Position numbers and translations under genes: made by a program. A stretch of DNA of 64,000 nt, taken from contig JBIOWP010000053.1 in the NCBI GenBank assembly GCA_044868695.1, positions 9,465 through 73,464 of the forward strand. Direction: 5' to 3'. Positions 27,330 through 36,977 of the stretch are shown piece by piece (positions within the stretch are counted from its first letter, which is position 1; the number at the start of each line of letters is the position of its first letter). The notes under the pieces were generated by a model. It searched no databases. It saw only the letters and a list, made by a program, of their open reading frames with translations, and was not told where the DNA came from. This DNA comes from a bacterium (GTDB lineage Bacteria; Sysuimicrobiota; Sysuimicrobiia; Sysuimicrobiales; Kaftiobacteriaceae).

Positions 27330-27835
27330 GGCTGCTCCCGCTGGAGACGCCGCAACTCATCGCGCGCGTCGCCGACTGGCTCAACGACCCCGGGAATGCG
27401 CAGTGGCTCGATCTCGGCGGCGGGCCCGTGACCCCTGCGCTCGTCAAGATCATGGCGCAGCGGGACACCAACGTGATGCGCGCCTTCACCGCCGACGACG
27501 ACGAAACGCCGATCGGCGTCGTGGCGTTCCAAAATGTCGACCGGCGCTGCAAGACCGCGACGATCTGGATCGTGCTCGGCGACAAGACCCACGGCGGTCG
27601 ACTCTACTCCATTCGGGCCACGTCAAAATTGCTGACGTTCGGATTTCAGGAGCTCGGACTTACGGCGGTCAACACTTGGATCGTGGAACATAACCGCTCT
27701 CAGGCGATCGCAAAGCGCCTCCATTTTCGCTACGTGGGGCGGATGCGCCAGTGCCACTACATCGATGGCCAGCCGTTTGACCGCCTGTGGTTCGATCTTC
27801 TCGCCTCCGAACACCGGGAGCGCAACGGTGGCTGA
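27326..27835 (+). CDS. GNAT family N-acetyltransferase
   Basis: 169-aa GNAT fold (VVAFQNV...TIWIVLGDKTHGGRLYSIRATSKLLTFGF). Overlaps its neighbours by 4 nt upstream and 8 nt downstream. Confidence 0.75.
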   Translation: MRLLPLETPQLIARVADWLNDPGNAQWLDLGGGPVTPALVKIMAQRDTNVMRAFTADDDETPIGVVAFQNVDRRCKTATIWIVLGDKTHGGRLYSIRATSKLLTFGFQELGLTAVNTWIVEHNRSQAIAKRLHFRYVGRMRQCHYIDGQPFDRLWFDLLASEHRERNGG

Positions 27836-28094
27836 CGTCGCCGCGGTCGAAGCACGCATCACGCAGATCTTTGCGCGGGCGCTCCATCTGGAGATTCCCG
27901 CAGCCGATCTGGATCTGTTCGAGACGGGAGCGATCGACTCGCTCGCGTTTGTGGAGTTCCTCCTGCATCTGGAGCGTGAGTTTGGGATCAAGGTCTCGCT
28001 GGAGGATCTGGAACTCGACAGCTTCAGGACGATTCAGCGGATCGCCCAGTATGTGACCGCGCGGAACGGGACGACACCTACCGCATCCCGGTGA
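27828..28094 (+). CDS. acyl/peptidyl carrier protein (phosphopantetheine-binding, DltC-like)
   Basis: GTG start overlapping the GNAT stop. 4'-PP attachment motif LFETGAIDSLAFVEFLLHLE. Confidence 0.8.
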   Translation: MADVAAVEARITQIFARALHLEIPAADLDLFETGAIDSLAFVEFLLHLEREFGIKVSLEDLELDSFRTIQRIAQYVTARNGTTPTASR

Positions 28095-28098
28095 CGCG

Positions 28099-28578
28099 AT
28101 GGATCCTGAAGCGCGCAAGAAGACCCTCCGGATGTTCAGCAACGGGATGTACGTCGTGACGTCACGCAGCGGGGAACACTATGGCGCGGCGACCGTCACC
28201 TGGATGTCGCAGGCCTCATTCAGACCTCCCCTGCTCATGACGGCGATCCGCAGGGACAGTAACGTCTTTCGCTGCCTCGCCGAGAGCCGACTGGCCGCAG
28301 TGCACGTCTTGGGACGCGGCCAGCAAGAGATGGCGGCGAAATTCTTCCGGCCCACGAGAGTGGCGGATGGCCTGCTCAACGGCGAGCCCTTCGTTGAAGG
28401 CTCGACCGCCGTCCCGATTCTGACGAACACCCCCGCGCATGTCGAGTGCACAGTGCGCCAGATCATCGACGCCGGCGGGGATCATGCGGTCGTCATCCTG
28501 GAAGTGGCGGACGCGGTCTGCCGCGTCCGGATGCCGGTGCTCACAATTGCCGACTCGCCCTGGGAGTACGGAGGCTAG
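28099..28578 (+). CDS. flavin reductase (FMN-binding split-barrel, HpaC-like)
   Basis: 159 aa with the flavin-reductase-like motif FSNGMYVVTSRSGEHYGAATVTWMSQASFRPPLLM. Likely partner of the LLM monooxygenase. Confidence 0.8.
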   Translation: MDPEARKKTLRMFSNGMYVVTSRSGEHYGAATVTWMSQASFRPPLLMTAIRRDSNVFRCLAESRLAAVHVLGRGQQEMAAKFFRPTRVADGLLNGEPFVEGSTAVPILTNTPAHVECTVRQIIDAGGDHAVVILEVADAVCRVRMPVLTIADSPWEYGG

Positions 28579-29682
28579 GTGGTCATGCCGGCGGGCCGGG
28601 TGCGCGGATTCGAGGAGCGCGATGTCCTCCATGTCACCGAGCTGCACCGGCGCGTGTTTCCGGCGCTCAACGGCCATGGCGCACCTCCGGAAGCGTACCA
28701 CGCGTACTTCCGGGAGATCTTCTTGACCAATCCATTGAGCGGCGGCGAGTCCCCATCGCTTGTGTACGAGGAGGGCGGAGACGTCGTCGGCTTTCTTGGC
28801 GTGATCCATCGGCAGATGAGCCTGCGCGGTCAGCCGGTCCGCATGGCGACCAGCTCCCAGTTCATCGTCGATCCAGGCCGGCGCGCCACGCTGGCCGGCA
28901 TCGAGCTGGTCCGGGCGTTGCTCGCCGGGCCTCAGGATTTCACCCTGGCCGATGAAGCGATCGACCTCACGCGCAGGCTTTGGGAGGGTTTGGGGGGGGC
29001 CACGGTGCCGCTGTACAGCCTGTCTTGGGTCCGAGTCCTCCGGCCCTTTGAGTTTGCCGTACGACGCTGGGGTGGAGGTCGGCGCCTCGCGTCCGCCTGG
29101 CTCCCGGCGTCTCATCTGGCCGACGCGGTGGCGACCCGTCTCCCCGGCACTCCATTCCGGCCGCCGGCCTCCGCGCTGCGAGGGGAAGAGCTGGACGGCG
29201 AGGCGCTGGCCGCATGCCTGGCTGAGTTTCCACAGGACCGCGCTCTCCGGCCTGCGTACGACGGCCGGGCCGCGGCGTGGCTGCTGGAGATCCTGGCGCG
29301 CAAGCCGGGCAGCGGGCCGCTGCGCAAGACGCTCGTTCGAGATGCTGGGGGCGAGATCGCCGGTTGGTACCTCTACGCCGCGACACGCGGGGGGATCGCT
29401 GAGGTCATCCAGCTCGGCGCCCGAGAGGGGTCGATCGGTGCAGTCCTCGATCACCTGTCTGCGCAGGCCTGGCGGGACGGGATCGTGGGTTTGATTGGAC
29501 GGCTCGATCCGCGGTCCGTGGGAGAGTTCACCGCCCGGAGGTGCTTCTTCCACCATCGGGGGTATTGGACGCTGGTGCACGCGAGGGACCCGCGGGTGTT
29601 AACTGCCCTCCAGCGCGGCGACGCGTTTGTGACGCGGCTCGAGGGTGAGTGGTGCCTGCGCTTTCAGGTGGGGGCGGCCTAA
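28579..29682 (+). CDS. GNAT-fold acyltransferase-like protein, 367 aa (paralog of 45219..46310)
   Basis: N-terminal GNAT-like region. C-terminus (GDAFVTRLEGEWCLRFQ) is almost identical to that of the paralog. Follows the carrier-protein genes. Confidence 0.65.
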   Translation: MVMPAGRVRGFEERDVLHVTELHRRVFPALNGHGAPPEAYHAYFREIFLTNPLSGGESPSLVYEEGGDVVGFLGVIHRQMSLRGQPVRMATSSQFIVDPGRRATLAGIELVRALLAGPQDFTLADEAIDLTRRLWEGLGGATVPLYSLSWVRVLRPFEFAVRRWGGGRRLASAWLPASHLADAVATRLPGTPFRPPASALRGEELDGEALAACLAEFPQDRALRPAYDGRAAAWLLEILARKPGSGPLRKTLVRDAGGEIAGWYLYAATRGGIAEVIQLGAREGSIGAVLDHLSAQAWRDGIVGLIGRLDPRSVGEFTARRCFFHHRGYWTLVHARDPRVLTALQRGDAFVTRLEGEWCLRFQVGAA

Positions 29683-30864
29683 GTGCGCAGGCTCCGCAGA
29701 CTGGCGGCCAACCTCTCAGTCGCGGTCGGCGCGATCCTCGTGATGTGCCTCATGCTTGAGGGGACCCTCGCCGTCGTCAAGATCAACTCCCGGTCTGCCA
29801 CCGAGTTCGATCCGGACACGGGATATTCATTTGTTCCGGGCGCCCACTACATCAACCGAAAGGAAGGGTTCTCAGAGGGGCATTTCAACTCCCACGGCTT
29901 CCGGGACGCGGAGCGCACCTGGGCGAAGCCGCCGAACACCTACCGCATCCTGGTGTTGGGCGACTCGTTCGTGGAGGCCTTCAACGTCCCCCGTGAGCAC
30001 GCGTTTCCCGCCTTGCTTGAGGCGAAGCTGAACGCAACCTCACCCTCGCGGCGCTTCGAGGTGCTGGCCCTGGGCCAGTCGGGCTTCGGCACCGCCGACG
30101 CCTACATGCGCTACCTCAACGTTGGCGTCCGCTACGCTCCCGACATGGTGATTCTGGCCTTCTACATGGGGAATGACGTCCGCGACAACTCCAGGTTCCT
30201 GAGCATGAACTGGATCAGATTCTACTTCACCATTGATGAACACGGCGAGCTGGTCCTGGACCGTTCTACCCTTGACGGCTATGCCAAGCAGCTGACGCCG
30301 CTGCATCGCGCGTACCAGACGATGAAGCGGTACTCCTATCTCCTCAGCCTGATTTCGGAACGCGCCTTTCTGGTGCGGCGCCAGATCCGGGAGGGGAGGT
30401 TCCAGCAGGCACATGCGAACACGGGGCAGGGAGGGCTCGACGAGTTTTCTGACTTCAACGTGTACCTTCCTGATCCGACACCCCGGTGGACCGAGGCCTG
30501 GAACGTCACCGAGCGGGTACTTGTGAAGTTCGCGGGAGAGGTCGCCTCGCGAGGCACGCCCTTCGTCCTGGTGATCCTCGGCGCCGCCGAGCAGGTCCAT
30601 CCGGAGCTGGCACAGGACCTGCGCACGGAATACAGTCTCCCATTCGACGTCGACCTCCCCGACCGGCGGCTCCGGGAGGTCGCGGCCCGGCACGGCATCC
30701 GCACGCTTGATCTGATCCCGGCCTTTCGGGACTATGACCGGCGCACGGGGACCTACCTCTACGGTTCTGGCTCGATGATCGCAGGACACTGGAACGAGGC
30801 GGGGCACCGGCTGGCAGCCGAGGACATTTTCTTGTACCTCAGGGAGGATAGGGTCATCCCATGA
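29683..30864 (+). CDS. membrane-anchored SGNH/GDSL-like hydrolase or acyltransferase (DltD/AlgX-like)
   Basis: N-terminal TM anchor. GDSF block (RILVLGDSFVEAF) and a C-terminal His block (AGHWNEAGH). Confidence 0.7.
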   Translation: MRRLRRLAANLSVAVGAILVMCLMLEGTLAVVKINSRSATEFDPDTGYSFVPGAHYINRKEGFSEGHFNSHGFRDAERTWAKPPNTYRILVLGDSFVEAFNVPREHAFPALLEAKLNATSPSRRFEVLALGQSGFGTADAYMRYLNVGVRYAPDMVILAFYMGNDVRDNSRFLSMNWIRFYFTIDEHGELVLDRSTLDGYAKQLTPLHRAYQTMKRYSYLLSLISERAFLVRRQIREGRFQQAHANTGQGGLDEFSDFNVYLPDPTPRWTEAWNVTERVLVKFAGEVASRGTPFVLVILGAAEQVHPELAQDLRTEYSLPFDVDLPDRRLREVAARHGIRTLDLIPAFRDYDRRTGTYLYGSGSMIAGHWNEAGHRLAAEDIFLYLREDRVIP

Positions 30865-31211
30865 AACTGACGGTCCTGCCCAATGACTTGCGCGACAGCA
30901 CGGTGGCGGAGCGCGACACCCACGATCGCGCTCCCGCGAGGAGTGCATCCGTCCCGCGATGGCGCGAAACACCTGTGCTCAAGCGACTCGCCGTGCTCTG
31001 GGAAAAGTGGAAGGTTATCGCCCGCCGCATCGGCGATTTCCAGGCTCGAGTGCTGCTGTCGATCTTCTACTTCACCGTCCTGGCGCCGTTCGCCATCGGC
31101 GTCACGCTGTTCTCCGACCCGCTGCGGATCCGTCCGACCGGCGGGTCCGGGTGGACGGAGCGCCCCGTGCCCACCGACGATGCGGCCGCGCAGGCCGGCA
31201 GGCAATTCTGA
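30861..31211 (+). CDS. SxtJ-like small membrane protein (carbamoyltransferase-associated)
   Basis: 116 aa with WEKW..IARRIGDFQARVLLSIFYFTVLAPF, the pattern of SxtJ-family proteins next to carbamoyltransferases. Confidence 0.55.
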   Translation: MKLTVLPNDLRDSTVAERDTHDRAPARSASVPRWRETPVLKRLAVLWEKWKVIARRIGDFQARVLLSIFYFTVLAPFAIGVTLFSDPLRIRPTGGSGWTERPVPTDDAAAQAGRQF

Positions 31212-31212
31212 C

Positions 31213-32988
31213 GTGCACATCCTGGGTATCTCCTGCTATTTCCACGACGCCGCAGCCGCGCTGCTCCGCGACGGCGAGCTCGTCGCCGCCGCCGAAGAAG
31301 AACGGTTTACCCGGAAGAAGCACGACTACGGATTCCCAACCCATGCCATCGACTTCTGCTTGAACGCGGCGGGTCTGCGATCGGAAGATCTCGATCTCGT
31401 CGTCTTCTTCGAAAAGCCCTTCCGGAAGTTCGAGCGGATTCTGCTGTCCACGATGCAGACATTTCCGCGCTCCCGCGGTGTCTTCTCGGAGTCGATGATC
31501 TCGTGGATGATCGACAAGCTCTGGATCAAGGCGCTCCTCCAGCGGCACCTACGGATCCCGCCGTCGAAGATCGCGTTCAGCGATCACCATCTGTCCCATG
31601 CGGCGAGCGCCTTCTTCTGCTCGCCCTTCACGGACGCCGCCATCCTCACCGTCGACGGCGTGGGCGAGTGGGCCACGGCGACCTACGGCGTCGGACACGA
31701 CCGTGAGATCCGCATCCTGCGGGAAATCCGCTTCCCGCACTCGCTGGGGCTGCTCTACAGCGCGTTCACGGCGTTTCTCGGGTTCGAGGTGAATGAAGGC
31801 GAGTATAAGGTCATGGGCATGGCCCCCTTCGGGCAGCCGCGGTACGCGGAGGACGTGTCCAAGCTGATCACGGTCGAATCAGACGGCAGCTTCCGTCTGA
31901 ACATGGACTACTTCAGCTTCCATCATTCCACCGAGTCGACCTACAACAGGAAGTTCCTGGATCTCTTTGGGGCGCCGCGTGACCCGCGCGCGCACTTCTT
32001 CACGCCGTCGAGCGGCTACCCGTCCTACTTCGGTGAACGGCCGGCGGACTACGAGGCGCAGGCGCAGTCGAACCAGCACTATGCCGACCTGGCGGCCAGC
32101 ATTCAGGCGGTGACGGAGGATGTCCTCCTGCGCATGGCCACCCGGCTGCACCAGGAGACGGGACTGAAGGCGCTCTGCATGGCCGGCGGCGTCGCGCTCA
32201 ACAGCGTGGCCAACGGACGGATCCTCCGGGAGACGCCGTTTGAGGACATCTACATCCAGCCCGCGGCGGGGGACGGCGGCGGAGCCGTCGGCGCCGCGCT
32301 GTATGGGTACCACATGGTCTGCGGCAAGCCCCGGGGGTTCGTCATGGGCCATGCCTACTGGGGCCAGGAGCACACGAGCGCGCAGATCGACGCGTTCGTC
32401 CGCGGGACGAACGCCGCGCACACCCGCCTCGACGCCGAGGACCGGCTCCTGGACCGCGTCGTCGGGCACCTCCAGTCGGGCAAGGTCGTCGGCTGGTTCC
32501 AGGGGCGGTCTGAATGGGGGCCGCGGGCGCTGGGGAACCGGAGCATCCTGGCGGACCCTCGGCGGGCGGACATGAAGGAAATCGTGAACACAAAGATCAA
32601 GTTCCGCGAGCCGTTCCGCCCGTTCGCGCCCGCGGTGCTGGTAGACCGCGCCGCGGATTTCTTCGACCTGCCGGAGCCGCGGCGCCACTATCCCGCTCGC
32701 TACATGCTGTACGTCGTGGATGTCAAGCCCGGCATGCGGGACCGTGTACCGGCCACCACCCATGTGGACGGCACCGCGCGCTTGCAGACGGTGTACGCGG
32801 ACCTGGCCCCCCGGTACTTCCGTCTCATTGAGCTGTTCGGCGAGGCCACCGGGGTGCCCGTGGTGCTCAACACCTCGTTCAACCTGAGAGGCGAGCCTAT
32901 TGTGAACACGCCGGCCGAGGCCTTCAGTACTTTCCAGCGTAGCGGCATGGACGTGCTCGTGCTCGGCGACCACATCATTGAGAAGTGA
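31213..32988 (+). CDS. carbamoyltransferase (NodU/CmcH/SxtI family; Kae1-like N domain + C-terminal carbamoyltransferase domain)
   Basis: GTG start (VHILGISCYFHDAAAALLRDGELVAAAEEERFTRKKHDYGFP). C-terminal domain VVLNTSFNLRGEPIV. Confidence 0.9.
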   Translation: MHILGISCYFHDAAAALLRDGELVAAAEEERFTRKKHDYGFPTHAIDFCLNAAGLRSEDLDLVVFFEKPFRKFERILLSTMQTFPRSRGVFSESMISWMIDKLWIKALLQRHLRIPPSKIAFSDHHLSHAASAFFCSPFTDAAILTVDGVGEWATATYGVGHDREIRILREIRFPHSLGLLYSAFTAFLGFEVNEGEYKVMGMAPFGQPRYAEDVSKLITVESDGSFRLNMDYFSFHHSTESTYNRKFLDLFGAPRDPRAHFFTPSSGYPSYFGERPADYEAQAQSNQHYADLAASIQAVTEDVLLRMATRLHQETGLKALCMAGGVALNSVANGRILRETPFEDIYIQPAAGDGGGAVGAALYGYHMVCGKPRGFVMGHAYWGQEHTSAQIDAFVRGTNAAHTRLDAEDRLLDRVVGHLQSGKVVGWFQGRSEWGPRALGNRSILADPRRADMKEIVNTKIKFREPFRPFAPAVLVDRAADFFDLPEPRRHYPARYMLYVVDVKPGMRDRVPATTHVDGTARLQTVYADLAPRYFRLIELFGEATGVPVVLNTSFNLRGEPIVNTPAEAFSTFQRSGMDVLVLGDHIIEK

Positions 32989-33173
32989 GGGGTGATACCG
33001 TCATGAGGAGCCTGCTGGCCAGATTCTCGATCGCCGGAGAGCTGCTGACCTTCCTCTGGAAGGCGCGGCTGTGGTGGATGGTCCCCGTCGTCGCCATGCT
33101 GCTGCTCCTGGGGGGGCTCATCATCCTGGCGCATAGCTCCGCCATTGCGCCATTCATCTACACACTCTTTTGA
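32985..33173 (+). CDS. DUF5989/SxtK-like small membrane protein
   Basis: 62 aa ending ...LIILAHSSAIAPFIYTLF, the characteristic APFIYTLF terminus of DUF5989 proteins. Confidence 0.6.
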   Translation: MRGDTVMRSLLARFSIAGELLTFLWKARLWWMVPVVAMLLLLGGLIILAHSSAIAPFIYTLF

Positions 33174-34381
33174 TGAGCCGGTACGGAGAGAACGGTGGAC
33201 GCGCGGCCGCGGATATCGCGGTCCGCGCTCCGGCGGGTGTGGGCGGTCCCCTGCGGGTGGAGGTGATCGAGGATGTTGGACGCTTCCGCGCGCTCCGGGA
33301 CGAATGGACCGCGCTCCTCGAGCGCAGCGCAGCGGACGGCCTCTTCCTTACCTGGGAATGGCTGTTCACGTGGTGGAGACACCTGTCCGGCGGCGCCCGG
33401 CTTCACGTCCTCGCCGTCTGGTCGGATGGGGAGATGGTCGGACTCGCGCCGCTCCTCCTCCGGCGGCGGCGGGCGCTGGAGGCGCCATTTCCGGTTTTGG
33501 AATTCCTGGGCGGAACCGCTGGGTCCGACTACCTGGACCTGGTTCTACGATCCGGATCAGAATCGCAGGCTGTGGATGCCCTCGCCGATTATCTCGGCGC
33601 CGAGAAGCTCGCACTTCGCCTGACGCAGGTCCGCCCCGGTTCGTCCGCAGCTGTGCTTGCCGCCGAGCTGGAGCGCCGCGGATGGTGGCTTGACGCCGTC
33701 AGCACGGAAGTGTGCCCGCTCGTGACGTGGCCGGCGCCGTCGTGGGACTCCTATCTGGCGACCCTCACGTCGAAAGACCGGGTCGACTTCCGTCGGCGTC
33801 TCAACAACCTGAGCAAGCAGTTCGAGGTCCGCTTCGAACAGGCCGAAACGGAGGAGGGGCGTCGAGAGACGCTGCGCGCGTTGTTCGCGCTCCATGACAG
33901 CCGGTGGCGGGAGCGAGGAGGCTCCACGGCCCTCCACACCCCCGCGCTCCGGTCCTTCCATGACGAGGTGACCGCTCTGGCGCTGACGCGCGGGTGGCTG
34001 CGACTCTACCTGCTGGTCCTCGACGGCCAGCCGGTCGCGGCACAGTATAGCTTCAGATATCGCGGGACATTCTACGACTACCAGAAGGGGTTCGACCCGA
34101 GCTACTGCCGGCACGGCATCGGGCTCATCACCGTCGGGCTGACAATCAAGCGCGCGATCGAGGAAGGCGCAGCTGAGTATGACTTCCTCCATGGCGCCGA
34201 GCCATACAAGTTCCGGTGGGCAGGCCAGGTGCGTGAACTGAGCCGGCTCGAGCTTTTCCCTCCTGGCGCGCGTGGGGCCACCTACCGGCTGCTTGTGGCG
34301 GGGGGCAGCAAAGCGAGAAAGGCTGTGCGAAAGGTCGTGGGCGATGTTCTGGCAGATCGTCTCACCGGTCGCCGGGGATGA
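33173..34381 (+). CDS. FemAB/CelD-like GNAT-fold protein (BioF2-like acetyltransferase domain; PEP-CTERM-locus FemAB type)
   Basis: 403 aa with DGLFLTWEWLFTWWRHL...HDSRWRERGG...YDFLHGAEPYKFRWAGQ, typical of the CelD/FemAB-like family found in EPS loci. Confidence 0.7.
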   Translation: MSRYGENGGRAAADIAVRAPAGVGGPLRVEVIEDVGRFRALRDEWTALLERSAADGLFLTWEWLFTWWRHLSGGARLHVLAVWSDGEMVGLAPLLLRRRRALEAPFPVLEFLGGTAGSDYLDLVLRSGSESQAVDALADYLGAEKLALRLTQVRPGSSAAVLAAELERRGWWLDAVSTEVCPLVTWPAPSWDSYLATLTSKDRVDFRRRLNNLSKQFEVRFEQAETEEGRRETLRALFALHDSRWRERGGSTALHTPALRSFHDEVTALALTRGWLRLYLLVLDGQPVAAQYSFRYRGTFYDYQKGFDPSYCRHGIGLITVGLTIKRAIEEGAAEYDFLHGAEPYKFRWAGQVRELSRLELFPPGARGATYRLLVAGGSKARKAVRKVVGDVLADRLTGRRG

Positions 34382-35460
34382 ACTGGGTGCGAGTCTTCAA
34401 GGAAACAGCCTACACGGCGAGCGCTTGCCTGGGCCTGACACGGGCGGCGATTCGGTGTGTCCGCCGGAAGGCCCTCGTCCTCGAGTATCACAATGTCAAC
34501 GCAGGCGACTCGGATCCGATCCGCAACCTCGACGGCCTTCACGTGCGCGTCTCTCAGTTCGAGCGCCAGATGGACCATCTTGCGGCGCACTACCACGTGG
34601 TACCCCTGGACGATCTCCTGGATGCGTCCGCCCAGATGCGGCGGGGAAAACCGCGCGCGGCGATCACCTTCGACGACGGCTACCGGGACACATACACCTA
34701 CGCCGTTCCGATTCTTCAGCGACTCGGCCTTCCGGCCACGGTATTCATCGTCACGGACTTTCTGGTTTCCGGCGGTTCCCCCTGGTGGGACCGTCTCTGG
34801 GCCATGGTCGCTGCGGCCCGCAGCCCGCTACATCGGATTTCCGTCCATGCTGCGGCACAGGAGCTCCCGATCGTCACGGTGCGTGACAAGGAGACCGCGG
34901 TGCGAGAACTGACGCGTGCGCTCCGTGAGCTCCCGACCGCGGTGCGCGAGGCTGAGCTCAGCCGGCTTGCCGCCGAGGTGGGCGTGGACCAGGGCGAGAT
35001 GAAGACGCATGCTCCCATGTCCGTATCCGAGCTCCGCGCGATGGTTGACGCGGGAATCACGGTGGGGAGTCACGGATGCTCGCATGATTCATTCCATCAA
35101 CTCGGCCGCGAGCGCCTTCGGGAAGAGCTCGCCGAGTCCAAGCAGGTTCTGGAGTCGCTGACCGGCCGCCCGGTCACGTGGCTCTCCTACCCCTATGGAG
35201 ATTTCTCAGCAGATGTGGCGCAGATGGCGGCTCAGGCCGGGTATCACGGAGCGGTGACAACAATCGAAGGGCTGAACGATGGGGTGCCCGACCCCTACGC
35301 GATCCGCCGCTTGGGGGTGGACGATCGTATGAGCTTCGCGCACTTCCGTGTCGTGGTGTCGGGATTGAGGGACGTGCTCAAAGGTCGCCTGCGGACCGAC
35401 CGCGGTCCCGTCGCGCGCCGCGCCATCCAGTACGCTCAGGATGAAACCCGCAGCTCGTGA
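34378..35460 (+). CDS. polysaccharide deacetylase (NodB homology domain)
   Basis: ITFDDGYRDTYTYAVPIL... NodB motifs 1 and 2 with a conserved His (GSHGCSHD). Confidence 0.85.
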   Translation: MNWVRVFKETAYTASACLGLTRAAIRCVRRKALVLEYHNVNAGDSDPIRNLDGLHVRVSQFERQMDHLAAHYHVVPLDDLLDASAQMRRGKPRAAITFDDGYRDTYTYAVPILQRLGLPATVFIVTDFLVSGGSPWWDRLWAMVAAARSPLHRISVHAAAQELPIVTVRDKETAVRELTRALRELPTAVREAELSRLAAEVGVDQGEMKTHAPMSVSELRAMVDAGITVGSHGCSHDSFHQLGRERLREELAESKQVLESLTGRPVTWLSYPYGDFSADVAQMAAQAGYHGAVTTIEGLNDGVPDPYAIRRLGVDDRMSFAHFRVVVSGLRDVLKGRLRTDRGPVARRAIQYAQDETRSS

Positions 35461-36977
35461 CACGCCTCGCCGGTTTTCAACAGACGCAGCGGCTCGACGT
35501 TGGGTCCCGACCGGTGCTGCTCCTGACCGCGGGTCGGGCGATGGCATTCGCAATGACCTTCGCCACCCCTCTCGTGCTCGCGAGGGTGTTCGATCAGGCC
35601 GCGTTTGGCACGTACAAGCAGCTGTTCCTCGTCTACGGGACGATTGCGGCGATCGCCCAATTGGGGATGGCCGACAGCCTGCTCTACTTCCTGGCGTCAA
35701 CGCCGGATCGCGGCGGGCGGTACGTCCTGAACAGCCTCCTGGCCCTGGCCGGCAGCGGGCTGGCGTGCCTGGGGCTCCTCGCGGTTGCTGGTCCGGTGCT
35801 CGCGCACTGGCTGGGCAATGGCATGCTGTCGGGGCTGTCGGGACTGCTCGGCGCGTACGTCCTGCTGATGCTTCCCGCCACGGTCCTGGAGATTGTCATG
35901 ATCGCGCGCAGGCACTATGGGAATGCGGGGCTGGTGTACGGCCTTTCCGATCTGGTCAAGGCGGTCGCACTGGTCGTCCCAGCCGTCGTGACCCGGAGAC
36001 TAGAGTGGCTGCTGGCTGGCGGAGTGGCGTTCGGCGCGATCCGGCTTGGGGGGACGCTCTTGTACCTCGCCCGAGAGTATGCGGGCGAGTTGCGAACCGA
36101 CCGGATGGCGCTGCGGCGGCAGTTGGCCTATGGCCTCCCTCTCCAGCTCGGCGTCGGCTTGTGGATTCTGGTGCAAAGTCTCCACTACTACATCGTCGCT
36201 GCGGGCGTGGACGCGGCCACGTATGCGATCTACGCGGTCGGCTGCCTCCAGATTCCGATCATCGACATGCTGTCCACGCCGTCCAAGAACCTGCTCACGG
36301 CGCGCATGCGAGAGGCAGTGACCGCGGACCAGTCCGGTGCCGCGCTCGCGCTCTGGCACGATACAACGCGCAGGCTCGCGCTCGTCTTCTTCCCGCTCGC
36401 CGGGCTCCTGGTCGCGACGGCCCGAGACTTGATCCCGGTGCTCTTTACGGACCGATATGCCGCGAGCATTCCGATCCTTATGGTCTGGTCACTGATCGCA
36501 CCAGCGTACGCGGCGCAGCCGGATGGCGTGCTGGCCGTCTACGCCGAAACCCGTGCAATCGCCGTCGTGCACGCGATCCAGCTGCTGCTCATGACGGTCT
36601 TGGTGCTCGCGTTCATACGGCTGTTCGGACTCGTCGGCGCGGTGCTGGGAACGGTGCTCGTCATTTGGGTCGGCAAGGTCCTCATGCTCCTCCGCGCTCG
36701 GCGCCTCTTGCGTGTGACACTCGCCGCGCTGCTGCCCTGGCGGAGTCTCGGCATCATCTCGGGCGCCGCCGCCGCTTCCGCTCTGATCGCCGTGGAGGTC
36801 AACGCACACCTGGCAGTGGGGCAGGTGCCGGCCCTGATCCTCACATCGGGCGCCTGCGTGGTGACGTACGTGGGGATCCTGGTGCTGTGCGGATTCATTG
36901 ACCTCGAGGCGCGACCCGGCCGGGGTCTAATCGCGGTCTCGCCGTTGGCCGTGAGGGGAGGCAGTCATGAGCCTTAA
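35457..36977 (+). CDS. polysaccharide biosynthesis protein / Wzx-type flippase (MOP superfamily)
   Basis: About 12 predicted TM helices. Polysacc_synt-like N-terminus (TPLVLARVFDQAAFGTYKQLFLVYGTI). Confidence 0.75.
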   Translation: MTRLAGFQQTQRLDVGSRPVLLLTAGRAMAFAMTFATPLVLARVFDQAAFGTYKQLFLVYGTIAAIAQLGMADSLLYFLASTPDRGGRYVLNSLLALAGSGLACLGLLAVAGPVLAHWLGNGMLSGLSGLLGAYVLLMLPATVLEIVMIARRHYGNAGLVYGLSDLVKAVALVVPAVVTRRLEWLLAGGVAFGAIRLGGTLLYLAREYAGELRTDRMALRRQLAYGLPLQLGVGLWILVQSLHYYIVAAGVDAATYAIYAVGCLQIPIIDMLSTPSKNLLTARMREAVTADQSGAALALWHDTTRRLALVFFPLAGLLVATARDLIPVLFTDRYAASIPILMVWSLIAPAYAAQPDGVLAVYAETRAIAVVHAIQLLLMTVLVLAFIRLFGLVGAVLGTVLVIWVGKVLMLLRARRLLRVTLAALLPWRSLGIISGAAAASALIAVEVNAHLAVGQVPALILTSGACVVTYVGILVLCGFIDLEARPGRGLIAVSPLAVRGGSHEP

